From NCBI RefSeq assembly GCF_048593235.1, contig NC_133620.1, positions 61,630,852-61,694,851 of the forward strand: 64,000 bases of DNA, in the 5' to 3' direction. Position numbers and translations under genes: made by a program. Of this stretch, positions 1 through 40,478 are shown piece by piece. Positions within the stretch are counted from its first letter, which is position 1; each line of letters opens with the position of its first letter. Source of the stretch: Sminthopsis crassicaudata (taxonomy: Eukaryota). The notes beneath the pieces are model-generated. The model saw nothing but the letters and a program-made list of their open reading frames with translations, did no database searches and was not told the DNA's origin.

Positions 1-1190
1 TTCTTTGATAAAAGCCTTATTTCTCAAATAAGTAAGGAACTGAGCCAAATTAATAAAAAATAAAAGCCTTTCTCCAAATGATGGATATGAAAGGAAGTTT
101 TTAGAAGAAATCAAAACACATGAAAAAAAATGCCCTAAATCATTACTGATTAAAGAAATACAAATTAAAACTACTCTAAGGTACCATTTCACATCTATCA
201 GGTTGACTAACATAACAGAAAAGAAAAATGACATATGCTAGAAGAAATGCAGAAAACTGGGGCACTAAAATAGCATTGGTGGAATTGTGAACTAGTTCAA
301 CCATTCTGAAAAACAATTTGGAACTATGCCCAAAGGGTTGACGCAGTATTATCACTAGAAGATCTGTATCTCAAAGAGATCAAACAAAAGAAAAAAAGGG
401 GGGGAAAGAACCCATTTTAGAAGAAAAAATCTTCATAGCACCTCTTTTTGTGGTAACAAAAAAATTGGAAATTGAGGGATGCTCATCAAATGGAAAATGG
501 CTGAACAAGTTATGGTATATGATTGTGACAAAATTATTATTGTACTATGAGAAATTGCTATGGGGGACTGGTTCAAAAAAACCCGGGACGACTTATGTGG
601 AATGATACAAAATGAAGTGAGAATCATGAGAACATTGTACACAGTTACAGCAATATGGTTAATAATGATCATCTGTGAAAGATTTAGCTACTCCAATAAA
701 GAAAAAGATCCAAGATCCAAAGCTGATATTATTTGTCCTTTGTTCTCAAATGGGACCATGACATCAGGAAGGTGATGCCATGACTTACAAATGAATTGGA
801 TTTAATGGGAGGGAGAGCTGTGCAGTGTCTCCAACCTCACTTTCTCCACTAGAGCCATCTGGGTTTAGTGGCACAATATAGATTAGGATGACTGGAGATA
901 GCCCCAAAATTCCAAAGTATACACGCTGGGGCAAGGAGGAGAAGCTATCTTCTTCCAAGGAAAGAACAAGACTCTGGCTTCAGACTAAAACATTTTAATT
1001 TCACTTTTTTTCCTTGCTTCTCATTTTTGGATTTTTTTGGATTGGTTTGTTTTTTTTGCAACATGACCAATTTGGAATTGTTTTTGCATAATTTAACATT
1101 TATAATAAATACCATATTGCTTACCTTTTTAATGGGTGAGGGAGGGGTGGGAGAGAATTTGGAACTCAATTAAAAAAAAAATTGTTAAAA
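1..1190 (+). mobile_element. Decayed L1 LINE 3' portion (ORF2 C-terminus and 3'UTR), interrupted by a SINE at ~730-910
   Basis: Degenerate L1 ORF2 C-terminal coding pattern (KEIQIKTTLRYHFTSIRL-like) at ~130-330 and an A-rich end near 1170-1190. Boundaries approximate. Confidence 0.7.
730..910 (-). mobile_element. RTE-tailed non-autonomous retroposon (marsupial MAR/WALLSI-like)
   Basis: Reverse complement matches the 3' tail seen at 25970-26115 and 60730-60880 (…gatgtcatggtcc…gagaacaaaggacaaa). Confidence 0.6.
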
Positions 1191-1429
1191 GGAGGAACGG
1201 AGGGAGAGAGGGAAAAAATGTTTGGCTTAGTGAATCTTTGTATTCCTAGCCTAACACTGTCCCTTGGACATAATAAACATTTCACAAATGCTCCTGGAAC
1301 CTAAAACTATATTGTAAAGTAGCAGTCATCAAAATCTTTTGGTATTAGCTAAGAAGGATCAGTGTAGATGGGATCAGTGGTTGGTTTACAAGACACTAGT
1401 TAATGACTATAATAATCTAGTGTTTGATA

Positions 1430-3022
1430 AACCCAAGACCCCAGCTCCTAGGATAAGAACTCACTATTTGACAAAAATTGCTGGAAAAACTAGAAAATAG
1501 TATGGCAGAAACTAGGCATTAACCAACATCTAATATCCTAATCCAAAATAAAGTCAAAATTCATGTTTTAAACATAAAGGATGGATACTATAAACAAATT
1601 AGGGGAACAAGAGATAGTCCACCTCTCAAATCTGTGGAGAAGGGAGGAATTTATAAGCCAAAAGAAGGACTAGAGAACATCACGAAATGCAAAATGGTTA
1701 ATTTTGATTAAATTAAAAAGATTTCACAAAAGCAAAAACCACTGAAGCCATGATTAGAAGGGAAGTAGATAGCTGGGGGGAAAATTTCAGTCAGGGTTTT
1801 GATAAAGATCTCATTTCTAAAATACAGAGAAACTGACTCAAATTTGTGAAAATAGAAGCTATTCCTCAATTAATAAATGGCCAAAGAATATGAACAATTT
1901 TCAGATGAAGAAATTAAAGCCATCTACAGTCATATGAAAAAGTGTTCTAAATATCACTATTGATGAGAGAAATGCAAATTAAGACAATTCTGAGGTACCA
2001 CTACACATCTCTCAGACTGGCTAAAATGACAGGAAAAGATGACAAATGTTGGAGGGGGTGTGGGAAAACTGGGATACTAATGCATTATTGGTGGAATTGT
2101 AAAGTAATTTTGGAGAGCAATTTGGAATTATGCCTAAAGGACTATACCTTTGTATACCTCTATACCTCTGCCTACTCTTGTATACCTATGCATACCCTTT
2201 GATCCAGCAGTGCCTCTGCTGCATCTGTATCCCAAAAAGATCATAAAAAATAAATAAATAAATAAATAAATAAGGACCCACATGTGCAGAAATGTTGGTA
2301 GCAGCCCTTTTAGTAGTGGAAAAGAACTGGAAATTGAGTGAATGCCCTATAATTGGGGAAGGCAGACATGCATTTCTGTATATATAATATGTACATTAAT
2401 ATGTAAGTATAATTGTTTAATATGTAAAAAATGCATTACTGTTTTAGTGTCCCCATTTGGGGAACAACTAAATAAGCTATGGTATATGAATGTAATGGAT
2501 TATTGTTCTATAAGAAATGATGAACAAGCTTATTTCAGAAAAGCCTGCAAAGATTTACATGAACTGATGTTGAGTGACATCTGTAGAACCAAGAGAACAT
2601 TGGACACAGTAACAAGATTATGTGATGAAAACCTATGATAGATTTGGCTCTTCTCAATAATGAGATAATTCAAGACAACTCTAATAGACTTGTGATGGAA
2701 AGTACCATCCACACCCAGAGAAAGAACTACAAAGACTAGATGTGGATCAAAGCATAGTTATTTTTTGTTATTGTTCTTGTTTGCTTTTTTTTCCTTTCCA
2801 GTGTTTTTTCCTTTTTAATTTGATTTTTCTTGTGCATGACAAATATGGAAACATAATTAAAAGAATTGCACATTTAACCTATATTGTATTGCTTGCTGTC
2901 TTGGGTTGGGGAGAACAAGGAGAAAAAATTGGAACACAAGGTTTTGCAAAGGTGAATGTTGAAGTCTATCTATGCATGTATTTGGAAAAATAAAATATTT
3001 GTTAAAAAAAAAAAAAAAAAAA
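1430..3022 (+). mobile_element. L1 LINE 3' fragment with poly(A) tail
   Basis: ORF 1960-2202 (REMQIKTILRYHYTSLRLAKM…CWRGCGKTGILMHYWWNCK) is the L1 ORF2 cysteine-rich C-terminus. Poly(A) at ~3003-3022. Confidence 0.85.
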
Positions 3023-3878
3023 GATCCTGGGATCAAACTAAATCTTCACATATTTTGTCCATGGGCAATGTATAAATTTGTTTTCCTTGACTATGCAACA
3101 TTGTTACAAGGAAAGCTTTTATAAATTTCCCTTTTGTGAATAGGAGAAAATAGAGAAGGGGGTAATGATAATAATGTGAAAAGAAAGAGAAAAAAGTAAA
3201 GTATTTTTTAAATGCACAGAAGTGAACAGGAGGAAATTTAGAGGGCTACTGACAGCACTGAATTTAGTATACACCTTAAAAAATAAAAACAAGAAATGGA
3301 GATATACAATTACTCATTCTGTTCTCTGTGTAATAAATATTCATGTTTGTTGGTGTTCATCAAGTTAGAATAAAAAATTTTAAATATACATGTACATTAA
3401 AGAAATAAATAGTGCTATGTGGAATCCAAGGAAAACAGGAAAGGCCATTAATGTCTGGAGGAATTCAGAGAAGATAAAACTTAAATCGGGCTTTAAAGGA
3501 TGGCTAAAAATTTAATGGATGTATATGGAAGAAAGAATGACATTCCATGTTATCACCAATGGAGATGCAGCCGGGCACTTGTGGCTGTAGTCATTGCTAC
3601 TTAAGATCTAGTAAATAAAGTTCTTGCCACCAAAGCTTTCAGCACAGTAAAATAATATGATTTTATCAAAAGAAATTAAAGATGTGTTAACATCTGCTTT
3701 GCTGCTGTATGCTAAGGATCATGGGATTTTTTTTGACTTAGAGCTGATCATTCTCCCTGTTAGAATTTGAGTTCTTGAGAGCAGAAAGTGGCTTATTTTT
3801 TCTGTCTGTATCTGCAGTTCTTAGCACAATGCTGTACATAGCAGGCGTTTAATGCTTTATTGCTCAAAGGAAATGAAG

Positions 3879-3881
<3 letters not shown>

Positions 3882-3927
<46 letters not shown>
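3882..3927. repeat. (CA)n microsatellite, ~23 units
   Basis: Perfect CA dinucleotide run. Confidence 0.97.
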
Positions 3928-3928
<1 letters not shown>

Positions 3929-4947
3929 CTAGTAGGGAGGAGAGCCACGACTGGAAAAGTAGACCTGCTTTAGGCAGACAGTCTTTTAAAGCCAGACACT
4001 GTCCTTGGTGCTAGAGATACAAAGACAAAAATGAAATACAATACCCATTTAAAGGGCCATACATTCTGTCAAAAGGAGAAAGCAGGTAAACGTGTAAGTC
4101 TGTGCAAAAAAATATACAAATACAAGGCAATGGGAGTGGATCAAAGAGCCAGCAGTTGGGGGTGGGGCAAGAGATGAAAGGTCTCCTGTGGAACCTAGGT
4201 GAGAGATACCTCCTCAGAGACAGGAGTGGAAACGAGACCAAATGAGATGATGAGAAGAACTATTGGGGGAGTGGGACTGAACTTTCAGCCGGGCTCAGGT
4301 TGGGAAAGACGGCCTAGGGAATGAGAAAGTCAGACTAGAGTGAGAAGAGAGGGGAGAAGCACCGAGGAAGTGGGAAAAGGAGGAGAAGTGGAGGAAGGAG
4401 AAGGAGGGGGAGGGGGAGGGGGCGCTGCAAGAAAGAGACTCTCGGCAGACCCACCGGATGACCACAGCTGTGGCGAGGGCCGTCGGGCTGCGGTCCCAGC
4501 CCTCCTCTCTGAGGAAGTACAGGGGTAGCCTCGGAGACAAAGGAAGTGATCTGGGAAAGGGCACTTCAGTTTTCTCCACCAGAACTAATAAAGAACCTGC
4601 AAGGTTCATACCCTAGCTAGGGTGTGGAAAACAAAGAGGGAAGGGAGGGCGGGAAAAACACAAATCAGAAACGAGGGCGGGACCCAAAAGCACAGTCAGC
4701 TGTCATTCCCCCTCGACCGGCTGTCATTTAGCCGAGATTCCGACGAAAAGGTTTAACGACAGGCTCTGGGGCTGCAGCCGCACGCGGCTCCCTAAGCGCC
4801 AGGTGGCTGTTATCCCGGCAGAGGAGTGGGTCCCTCGGATACCCGGAGAGCTCGGGCTGAAGAAAGGCCGCCGGGCGCCGTCCGCCCGCCTGTCGGGGGA
4901 GACCAACGGGCCGCGAGCCCCCGCCCCGGCCGCCGCGGCAGTCTCAC

Positions 4948-5200
4948 CTTCCACCCTCTGGAGGCAGGGCAACCCCGGTACCGGTTGCCCCCACGAAGCC
5001 CAACGTCTTAGATCCTGCGGGTCAGCGGCATCTTCCCGGCGAGGCCCCGCCCCAGTTTGAAATTACTTCCCGACAGGCTGCGCGGCCAGTCTACAGGCTC
5101 CGCCCCCGAGGTAACCACCGTCTTTTCCCCCTTAGACTTCGGGTCGCCAGTTTCGCCGTCATCTTTACCACTTGCAAAGGCGAACGACGTAATCAGTTTT
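4948..5200 (-). other. Probable non-coding first exon of the divergent gene (CENPL inferred from conserved head-to-head synteny with DARS2)
   Basis: Strong minus-strand donor AAG|GTGAGA at 4948/4947 inside the CpG island. No CENPL coding exon was recognised in the window. The 5' boundary is a guess. Confidence 0.4.
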
Positions 5201-6297
5201 GACGCAGGCTACTCCTCCTACCCAATTTAGAGCCAGCCTGCTTTCCGGGCTAAACTCCAGCTGTAGAGACCGTTCACTTTGCCCGGGAAACTGTGCGCTC
5301 CGTCCCCTTCCCATGGCATCCGCCCACAGCCAACAGGGTGGCCATGACGACTCACGGCGCTCAGGAAGTGACGTAATACGCCAGCAAACGCACGCGCGAT
5401 GCTCGCGGAGGCTTTAAGCTTGAGGGCGGGGAGAGTCTCGAGCTGACCCTTAGTCGAGCTTGGCTTGGGAGCTGCGGCCGACGGGAGTGACCCGGTGGTG
5501 GCCTTGTCTTGGTGACGGGGTCGCTTCCTTCCAGATTCTCCCTCTGGAAGGATTTGGAAGCCGAAGGTCCCTTTGCTACGAATGATCTGTATTGTGACCT
5601 TGGACAAGTCGTTTGCCTTCTGCAGACGCCTGGGCTTCCTCTTCAGTGCAATGAACCGAGGCACCCGATGGTCTGGACGCTGTCTTCCAGCTCAGTGAAC
5701 CTCGTCCTGGAACGTAAGATCCTCCGGGCCCAGGGCCTGTATATTTCCAGAGCCTCGCATGCAGGAGGTGCTCAATAAGTGCGTTCTTAGATCTGATGGA
5801 AGGAGGGAAGACTAGAAAGGGTGCGACTTTTGAAGCCCGCTCCCGAGCTCCTCCCTGAGCCTGGTGCGAGCCTGAACGAGCATAGTGCACATTTTTAGGC
5901 AATCATTTTAGGTTTGTGCCTGGTGCTTCCCGGCCTGCCCAGGGACTGATTCCATCCCACCTACCTGCACACGCACTCTTGCAAACGTGTGCACGGGCGC
6001 ACATATACCGGTGTACAGGTGAGTGTGTAAGGCGCACCTGCAAGCAGGCCTGCACGCGTACATACCTGCATAGCACACACGCGCATACACTTCTGCATGT
6101 ATGCTTGCACACACCTGCCCACGTGCAGGACTTCAAACAGCTGTTATTCTCTAGACCCAGTGACATCCAAAGGGGATCAGTAAGAATGGGTTCTTTTTTT
6201 CCCAGTGGAAATGTTTTTTTTTCCTAAATGTCCCACTTTGTTTCTCCAAGACTGACCCCCAGAAGGCCTGCCCCGCGGCTACCTCTGCCTGTCCAGC

Positions 6298-33191
<26,894 letters not shown>

Positions 33192-34122
33192 GCCATACTC
33201 CTGAACATTGGGGAAAAAAGGAAGTCCAGCCCATGGCCAGATGGCTAGTGAAGAAGGTGTGCAACACATGGAAGGTGTCTCCTCTCTCAGTCATAGAATC
33301 CAGTATTATCACAGACAAAGACATTGGGCCCACTGGGTGGCTAGGATGACTGCTTTGTGCCCATTCACCATGGTTCTCCAGGGCATTCTTTGGAGCAAAA
33401 ATGGCCAGAATTGTGTCTGGTAGAAAATGCTGCAATAACTGGGATTTGGTGATTAAGGCCAACACAGGGTCTTATCCCATAGTAGAACTGGCTAAATTGT
33501 GATGTTTCACTTGCAGTGTGGAAGAGGAAACTGGGCACCAGGCAAGAAGTCAGTCCAGAGGCCCAGCTCTAGGGCCAGGGACCCCAAGATTGTCTCACCT
33601 CAGCTAGGGTCTTTATCTGAAACCTAATCATGATACCATTGACCTACCTCACAAAGTAGTTATGAGGATTAAAGGGAAAATTAAAGTGTTCTGAATTTAT
33701 TAAGTGCTATCATTAACTACCAAATATACATATATAGAGGCAGCTAATCAGTTATATAACTAAAGCCCAAACAAAAACGAATAACAGATTTGTAATCAAC
33801 TATTTTATGTTGTTTAGAGAATACTAATTTAATTACTAAATGTAAATCCCTGCCTGGATTAGAAGCATCAGGAAATGAGGTACTAATTGAGATTTGATGA
33901 CATAGAAAGAATATAATGTTCATATTTTGACTACCACACTAGTGGAAACCTTGTGTACCTTGGGGCTTACTTAACTGACACTCAGCTACAATTCCTAAAT
34001 TACCAAACTCAGAAGAGTTTGTTGTGGGGAAAACATTTCATGGCCTATAAAACACTGCTATATAAAAGTGATCTTAATGGTACTAATGAAAAGAAGAAAG
34101 TTGGTTCAATTAATTAATGATT

Positions 34123-34264
34123 GGGCCAGCTAGGTGGCGCAGTGGAAAGAGCACCAGCCTTGAATTCAGGAAGACCCACGTTTAAATCTGGTCTCAGACA
34201 CTTAACACTTCCTAGCTGTGTGACCCTGGGCAAGTCACTTAACCCCAGCCTCAGGGGGAAAAAA
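34123..34264 (+). mobile_element. Young CORE SINE (WSINE1-like), probably within the DARS2 3'UTR
   Basis: Same family. TSD AATTAATGATT (34112-34122, 34265-34275). Confidence 0.9.
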
Positions 34265-34462
34265 AATTAATGATTAGAGTTGACACTAGACATATAAACA
34301 GGACTATGATCTTCCCTGACTTACCTTAAATTGGATTATATGCATTTGGTCCAAAATTTTAAAATAGCTTGACATACCTTCCGTTTTTTATTATATTATA
34401 GTTGAGAGATATAAATCTTGGGCTTATGATCTAATCAGCTAAAAAACTATATTTTTCTGGTG

Positions 34463-34468
34463 AATAAA
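34463..34468 (+). terminator. Candidate DARS2 polyadenylation signal
   Basis: First AATAAA noticed downstream of the DARS2 stop, followed by a U/GU-rich tract. Confidence 0.4.
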
Positions 34469-34861
34469 ATTTGTCTTTATATTTTGAGATGTGCATAACA
34501 TAGATGGAGTTAAACTACAGAAAAGTTGGCTAACCAGTAGATGGTGCTTTTCCCTCAAGTTTGTCTTGTAACAACATCTTGCCTAACTTTGGTAGGCACT
34601 TGGTGAACAGAAAATTTTTAATGGATTTCAATAGTGACATCAAAGTTACTTGTGTTTTCCTTCTCAGTATCATTTAAAGGTTTTTCTGAAGTGAACTGAA
34701 AACCTTCATTAGACAACAGTCCTATTTTTTCCCCGTTACCTCTTTCATCAACATCTAATCACCCATTTTCTAACATTAAATATTTTCACCTCTTCTAAAT
34801 TAACGAAAAACTCAAACCTGACAAAGAATTCTTCTTGGCATCATAGAAAAATCACTATGCT

Positions 34862-35009
34862 GGGGCAGCGAGGTGGTACAGTGTATAGAGCATCAGTTCT
34901 GAAGTCGGGAGTACCTGAGTTCAAATCTGGCCCCAGACACTTAATATTCCCTAGATGTGTGAGACTCTGCACAAGTCATTTAACCCCAATTGCCTCAGCA
35001 AAAAAAAAG
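34862..35009 (+). mobile_element. CORE SINE, more diverged copy
   Basis: A/B boxes, family body and A-tail. Confidence 0.85.
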
Positions 35010-35489
35010 AAACATCATTGTACTGCCAGTATTTCCAAAATTCAAAAAGATCAGCATTAGATTTCAGAGAATCTGTTAATGTCATTGCTTAAGTCCTTTT
35101 CATGCCTAGCAAAAAATACTTTATTCTAAAATTCTACCACTTGTCTTGGGAGGTTTGGGTTTTTTTAACTAGAACTATAATTCTGCAAATATAAAAGATT
35201 TCCATCTCCCTCTCTTTCTACCCTCATCCCCACCTGCCCACACAAAATTGGGCAACTGCTCCAAAACTTAGTCTAGGAGACAAGTTACCTGGAGACAGTG
35301 AGAAGGTAGTTAAGTTGCCCAGGGTCACAGTAGCAGGACTTAATCAAAACAGGTCTTTTTATCTTCCCACCTACTAGATCTCTAGTTATTAATTTAATAA
35401 TGCTTATTATATATTTATACCCCCTGATAGTTTTAACTTTTGAGATATCCTAAGGCAATTTTAGGAATAGCTCAATTTGGGAATTCGGT

Positions 35490-36080
35490 TTTTTTAATTC
35501 AATTTTATTTGTAAGTTTTAGATTTTCCCCCTTCCTTACCCATTGAGAAGGAAAAATAAAATCTATTACAAATATGTTGTTAGTTATACAAAACAAATTC
35601 CTTCAGTAGCTAAAATATGCTTCCATTGGCATTCTTGCTCCATTAGTCTATCTGGAGGTGGATACATTTCCTCATGAGTCTTTGTAATTGTAGTTTCCTC
35701 ATAAGAAATTGTAGTTGGTCCTTTTTGAACAGTTACTAGATCTTTAAAAGTTAATTACTTTTCCAATATTGTTATTTTATGAATTGCTGTCTTGGTTCTG
35801 CTCACTTCACTTTGCATCAATTCACATGCCTTTTCAGGTTTTTCTGAAACCATCTCTTCATTTGTTATTGCACAGCAGTATTCCAGCATATTCATATACC
35901 ATGACTTTGTTCAACCGTACCCTAGTCGATTGGCTTCTCCTCAGTTTCCAATTGTTGGCCACCACAAAAAGAACTGCTATAAATATCTTTTATATATGCC
36001 CTTTTCCTTTTTGATCTTTTTAAGATACAAACCTAGCAGAAGTATCATTTGATCAAGGGTATGTATATCTGAATAGCTTT
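35490..36080 (-). mobile_element. L1 3' fragment (antisense)
   Basis: Reverse of the L1 ORF2 C-terminal/3'UTR pattern (gttggccaccacaaaaagaactgctataaatat). Confidence 0.7.
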
Positions 36081-39000
36081 GGGGGTTCTTTCCATTCAAT
36101 TTAGGAATTTGTAAGCTTAATTTCAAACAAGACAAATTTTCCAGTTCCAGTCAAAAAAAATCCTGAGAAATAACTGTAAGATACATGCTTTTAAAGGGGC
36201 ATAAGAAGGGTGGAGAGGGGCTGGCTATTTCTTGGGGAGAACAGTGGTAGCCATTGTCCAGCAGTGATGCTTGCTGTGAACAATTTCTCCTTGTTGTCAT
36301 CTGATACTTCTATTCCCACGTCTGATGGATTCATTTTATGCCCTTCTGCTTTGGAAACAATGGTCCTATGCAACTGGTTTGTTTACTCCAAGAATTCCCC
36401 TTTCCTTCTTTTTAAAAGTTTAGGTCTTTCTATATTAATTAATAACAAAAACCCTTTTTACTAACCTCTTGGAACTCTTTAGTCTTTCTAAAGTTGGCTG
36501 GCCCTATACCCTTTTCTGACTTCCAAAGAAATAATTAGCAGATAACAGTCAAGATAACCACTAACATTTCTCTGTGGATACAGATCATCATCTGTAACAA
36601 AAAGTTGTACTCTGTGATCTGTAAGGCTTTTTCTGATATAAAATTTTGTCAGGTACCTCTGTTAAAATACCATTACCCATTTAAATACTCCCATATCCTC
36701 TTCTCACTATTTTCTGTCTTCTCTAATTTGAACAATGGCTGAAAGTCTATCTCCTCCATGAAGATTTATAGAGATAATAAGACAACTCATCACTTTCTTT
36801 AGTTAAAGGTTTTTGGCTTATAGCTTATAATGCCTAGCTCATAATATTCATCATTGATATTTGTGTGGCATTTTAAATTTCACCTAATTTGAGCTTCACA
36901 ACAACCTTCTGAAGTGAAGATACCAAAGTTTTCAGTAACCATGTTTTACAATTAGGAAGTGATCTTAAAGAAGTTATTGCTCATATGGCTGGTGGCAGAA
37001 GCTCCTGCATTTCCATTGCTTCCCACACTGCCTTGGAGAAGAACTCCTGTTCTCAGATCCAAATGCCATGAATTTTTCTTAAAGGCAGGACTGAAGTTAT
37101 CACACTACAACCAGCAAATTATCATTCTCTCATTCATGCCAGTACTACCCCTTAGAATTTTCCTCTTAATTTTTTATTATAAATTTAACAAACAGTTCAG
37201 TATAAGAATAAAAAAGGATTACATGTGAAACAGCTTCTTGATATAAAGTGAATATAAAATTTCGCAATGCTAACAAAATTCCCTTTCTTTCTAATGTCTC
37301 CTTCTGAACTTCTTTTTCCCCTCTTCTAACATATCTTTTCAATATCTTATTTTTTTGGAATCTTTATCACAACTCCCCCAAATAGCTCTCCCTTCACAAA
37401 TACAGATATAAAAGCCAAACAGTTCCTACACTGGCTATGTCTGTTACCACTATATGGGGTGTTCAAGAAGACTAACACTCTGGTGGGAGGGTTTGCAGAG
37501 CCCTTTGGGGGCAATCTAGTGTAAACCCTTGTTCATCCAGACACTCTCATTTCATTGGTCCAGGTAACATATCAAGAGGCAACTCTATACCAAGTGCACT
37601 GCAGTTTAGCCTTAGAAAATTGTCAAAAGCACTGTGAAAAAATGAACACTTGGGAGTTGATCCTTTGAAAGGCAGTGGCATCTATATCCTAATGGGCAAA
37701 CATTACTTAGAGATGAGCAGAAGCAATCTATTATTTCTGAATTTTGATGCTTGAATACTACAACAACACATAAATCCACTCTTTGTGCTCCTCTTAATGT
37801 CCATGGCAATAGGCTTTGTTTCAAGCTCCGTTAATTAAACAGATGGCATCCCAACCCAGAGTGGCCATATGTGGGTGCTGGTGCTTCAAATACTTTGGCT
37901 CTTATAACAGTTTGCACCAATAGAAAAATGGAAGGAGTGTCCTAGTCTTACAACAGTGACCCAAGTGTTCTCATCCACACTCGAATACGTACATCTGGGT
38001 ATGTATTTGCACTTTGGAAAACGGACCAGGGAACTTGAAGCGTGTTCAGATGTAAGTATTTACAACTCTTTAATCTCTTTCCAATTCTAGGAATTAGGAT
38101 AGGTGGGAAGGAAAGGAAGGAAAAGGCAGTCATGGGACATTAGAAGATTTTTGGGGTTTTTTTGAAAGCTTTGAATCAGGAAATTTTTTGAAGGCTGTTA
38201 CAAAAGTGTTGTTAATAAGCCAAATACATAAAATTGCCCAACTAAATTAGGTTGATCAGTTTCCCTGATGGCTGAATTGAAATTTTAGCATTGAGACTAT
38301 CATTATGGCCTCATCAACTACCTTTCTCATTATGCACAATTCTGAGAAACAATATATTCATTTCTTGCTTTATGTAAAAAAAAAAAAAATAGCAACAAGA
38401 CAACTAAATGAAACCTGTGGGTCTAAGCTCATGATTTTTATATGAACTTGAGCAAAGCACTCTTATCTCTTCAGGGCTACTTCATTTGTAATTGGGCAAG
38501 ATAACCTACCTCTAAGGGGTCTTTTTCCACCCCTAGACCTTTGATCTTAATGAATTTTCATAAATTCTGTTAGACATCCTTTGATTCTCACAAGACAGAA
38601 AGCTGGAAAGAAACAGTGGTACAGATCCTATTAAAACTTTGTCCTATCCCATCTTCTCTCAAACGCTAGTGCTTCCTTTGTCCCTTCTCCTTTAAGTTGG
38701 CAGTCAGCTTGGCTGGCAAGGTAGTTTTTCCTGATGCTCTGCCTACTTGTTGTCCCTCAGCTATGCAGCTGACAATGCAGCCTTTCAGAACTCTCCTGTC
38801 CATTGGAAGAGAACTCATAAACTAACATTGGCCACCAAGCAAGAATTGACTCAATATTTCCAAATTCATTTTATAACATGGAGGTGCATATGGAAGACTA
38901 AGGAGAGAAGAATACATTACATATATAGTTTTTAAATGACCAATGTTCCTTTCTATAAGAGCTACATCATACTGCTATATTGTGGTCATTTAACATATAA

Positions 39001-40478
39001 TCAGTATCTTCAAAGTCCTTTCTACGATGAGGTTTTTTTTTTTTCACTTTTATATCATTTTTGGATATAAACTTTCTCTGTCATATATACACTCATTCAT
39101 CTATTAATTGAACTTTCCCTTAAGAAAAATTGATCCAAACCACCAGAGTTAGAACTCTATCCAATATTATATGCCACATTCCTTCCTCAAAGTCCCCATG
39201 AATTTTTCAAATGAAATCTATCAAGCTTTCTCCTTGTCCTGTTATTTATGCCATTCAGAAAGCAGCCTCAAATACAACGTAGAATCTGACATTTTACAGA
39301 TTATATCAAAAGTCCTAATGCAATAATTAGCTATTAGATTCAGTCCACAATCCAAAATTATTTTGTTTAAAAAGTTGATTGTGCTCCCAAAAATATCTCT
39401 GAACTAAAGAGTGACTGCAAATTTGTGTTATTCTAGGTGAGTCACTTGACCACTGCCTGTCATTTTTTTCACAAATAAAATAGGGATAACACCTACCCTT
39501 TAGGGTTGTGGTGAGGATCAAATAAGATATTTGCAAAGCATTTTTCAGATCTTAAAGTGCTATATAAATAGTGATACAGTAATAATGGTGGTGGCAATAA
39601 ATAATGTTGATGAGGGGAATAGAGTAGTGGTAGTGGTGATAGTAGTAGTACATGACTGCCAAATCGTTTTTCTGCCTATTGTCTTGTCTCATGTATAAAA
39701 CAGCAGCCTACTCAGTCATTTTGGCAAATCTCAAAAACAAGTTACACTGAACAGACAAGGTGTCCAACAACAAGAGTTCAGTGTCCCACTAATTGTAGGC
39801 TTCCCATGCAGAGCTATTTTCATTTTCTGGAAGTCATTCAACCATTAACAACATTAATGGCATGTTATATACCAACATTTGCTAAGTGCTTTACAAATGG
39901 CACAACTCTGGGAGGTAGGTGTCATTATTCTCATTTTACAGATGAGGAAACAAGTCAGAGGTTGAAACTTGTCTCAGATTTTTGCAACTTTGGGGCTAGG
40001 GCTCCAACTGCTGAGCCTGAAACTGTGAAGCTATTCACCTATATCATCCTCCAAATGACTAGTTCCCTCATCTTGTTCAAGAATATTCAAGTATTCCTTA
40101 TTTAGCAATATAGCAACTCTTAAATGTAGACATGATGGGGGATGACAAAACACACTCTAACTGCCAGCAGACACCCATTTTCTATGTGCTCACAAATTAT
40201 CTGTTTAATAATCCACCTCGAACTACTTCGTAGTTTAAGATTGCAGAAGCCACTTTTTCCCATGTTTTAAAAAAAAAAATCTGACTTTCTTCCATCTCAA
40301 TCCTTGGGACACTTTCCTAATGTTTTCCTAAAGACCGCCAAGTTTACCCACAATCACAATTATTCCTTTCAGTGCACTGGCCAGGCATTTCTTTTGATAT
40401 GCTGCTCTGTTACAGTAATGTCAGATCTTTCTCTGTGCCTGTTCTTTCAGCTGACTCCCCTTGGGCTCTGGTGTGGCC

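Noticed and set aside
1-4947. CENPL coding exons
   Set aside because: No CENPL-like peptide found. They probably lie left of the window, so no CDS or gene symbol is claimed.
36191-36464. Antiparallel ORFs that looked coding
   Set aside because: No recognisable family or splice context. At best a decayed LINE remnant.
38747-38935. 62-aa ORF considered as SOUL exon 1
   Set aside because: It resembles a degenerate RTE-type LINE C-terminus (AAFQ…WKR…LATK). The real first coding exon is 40479-40553.
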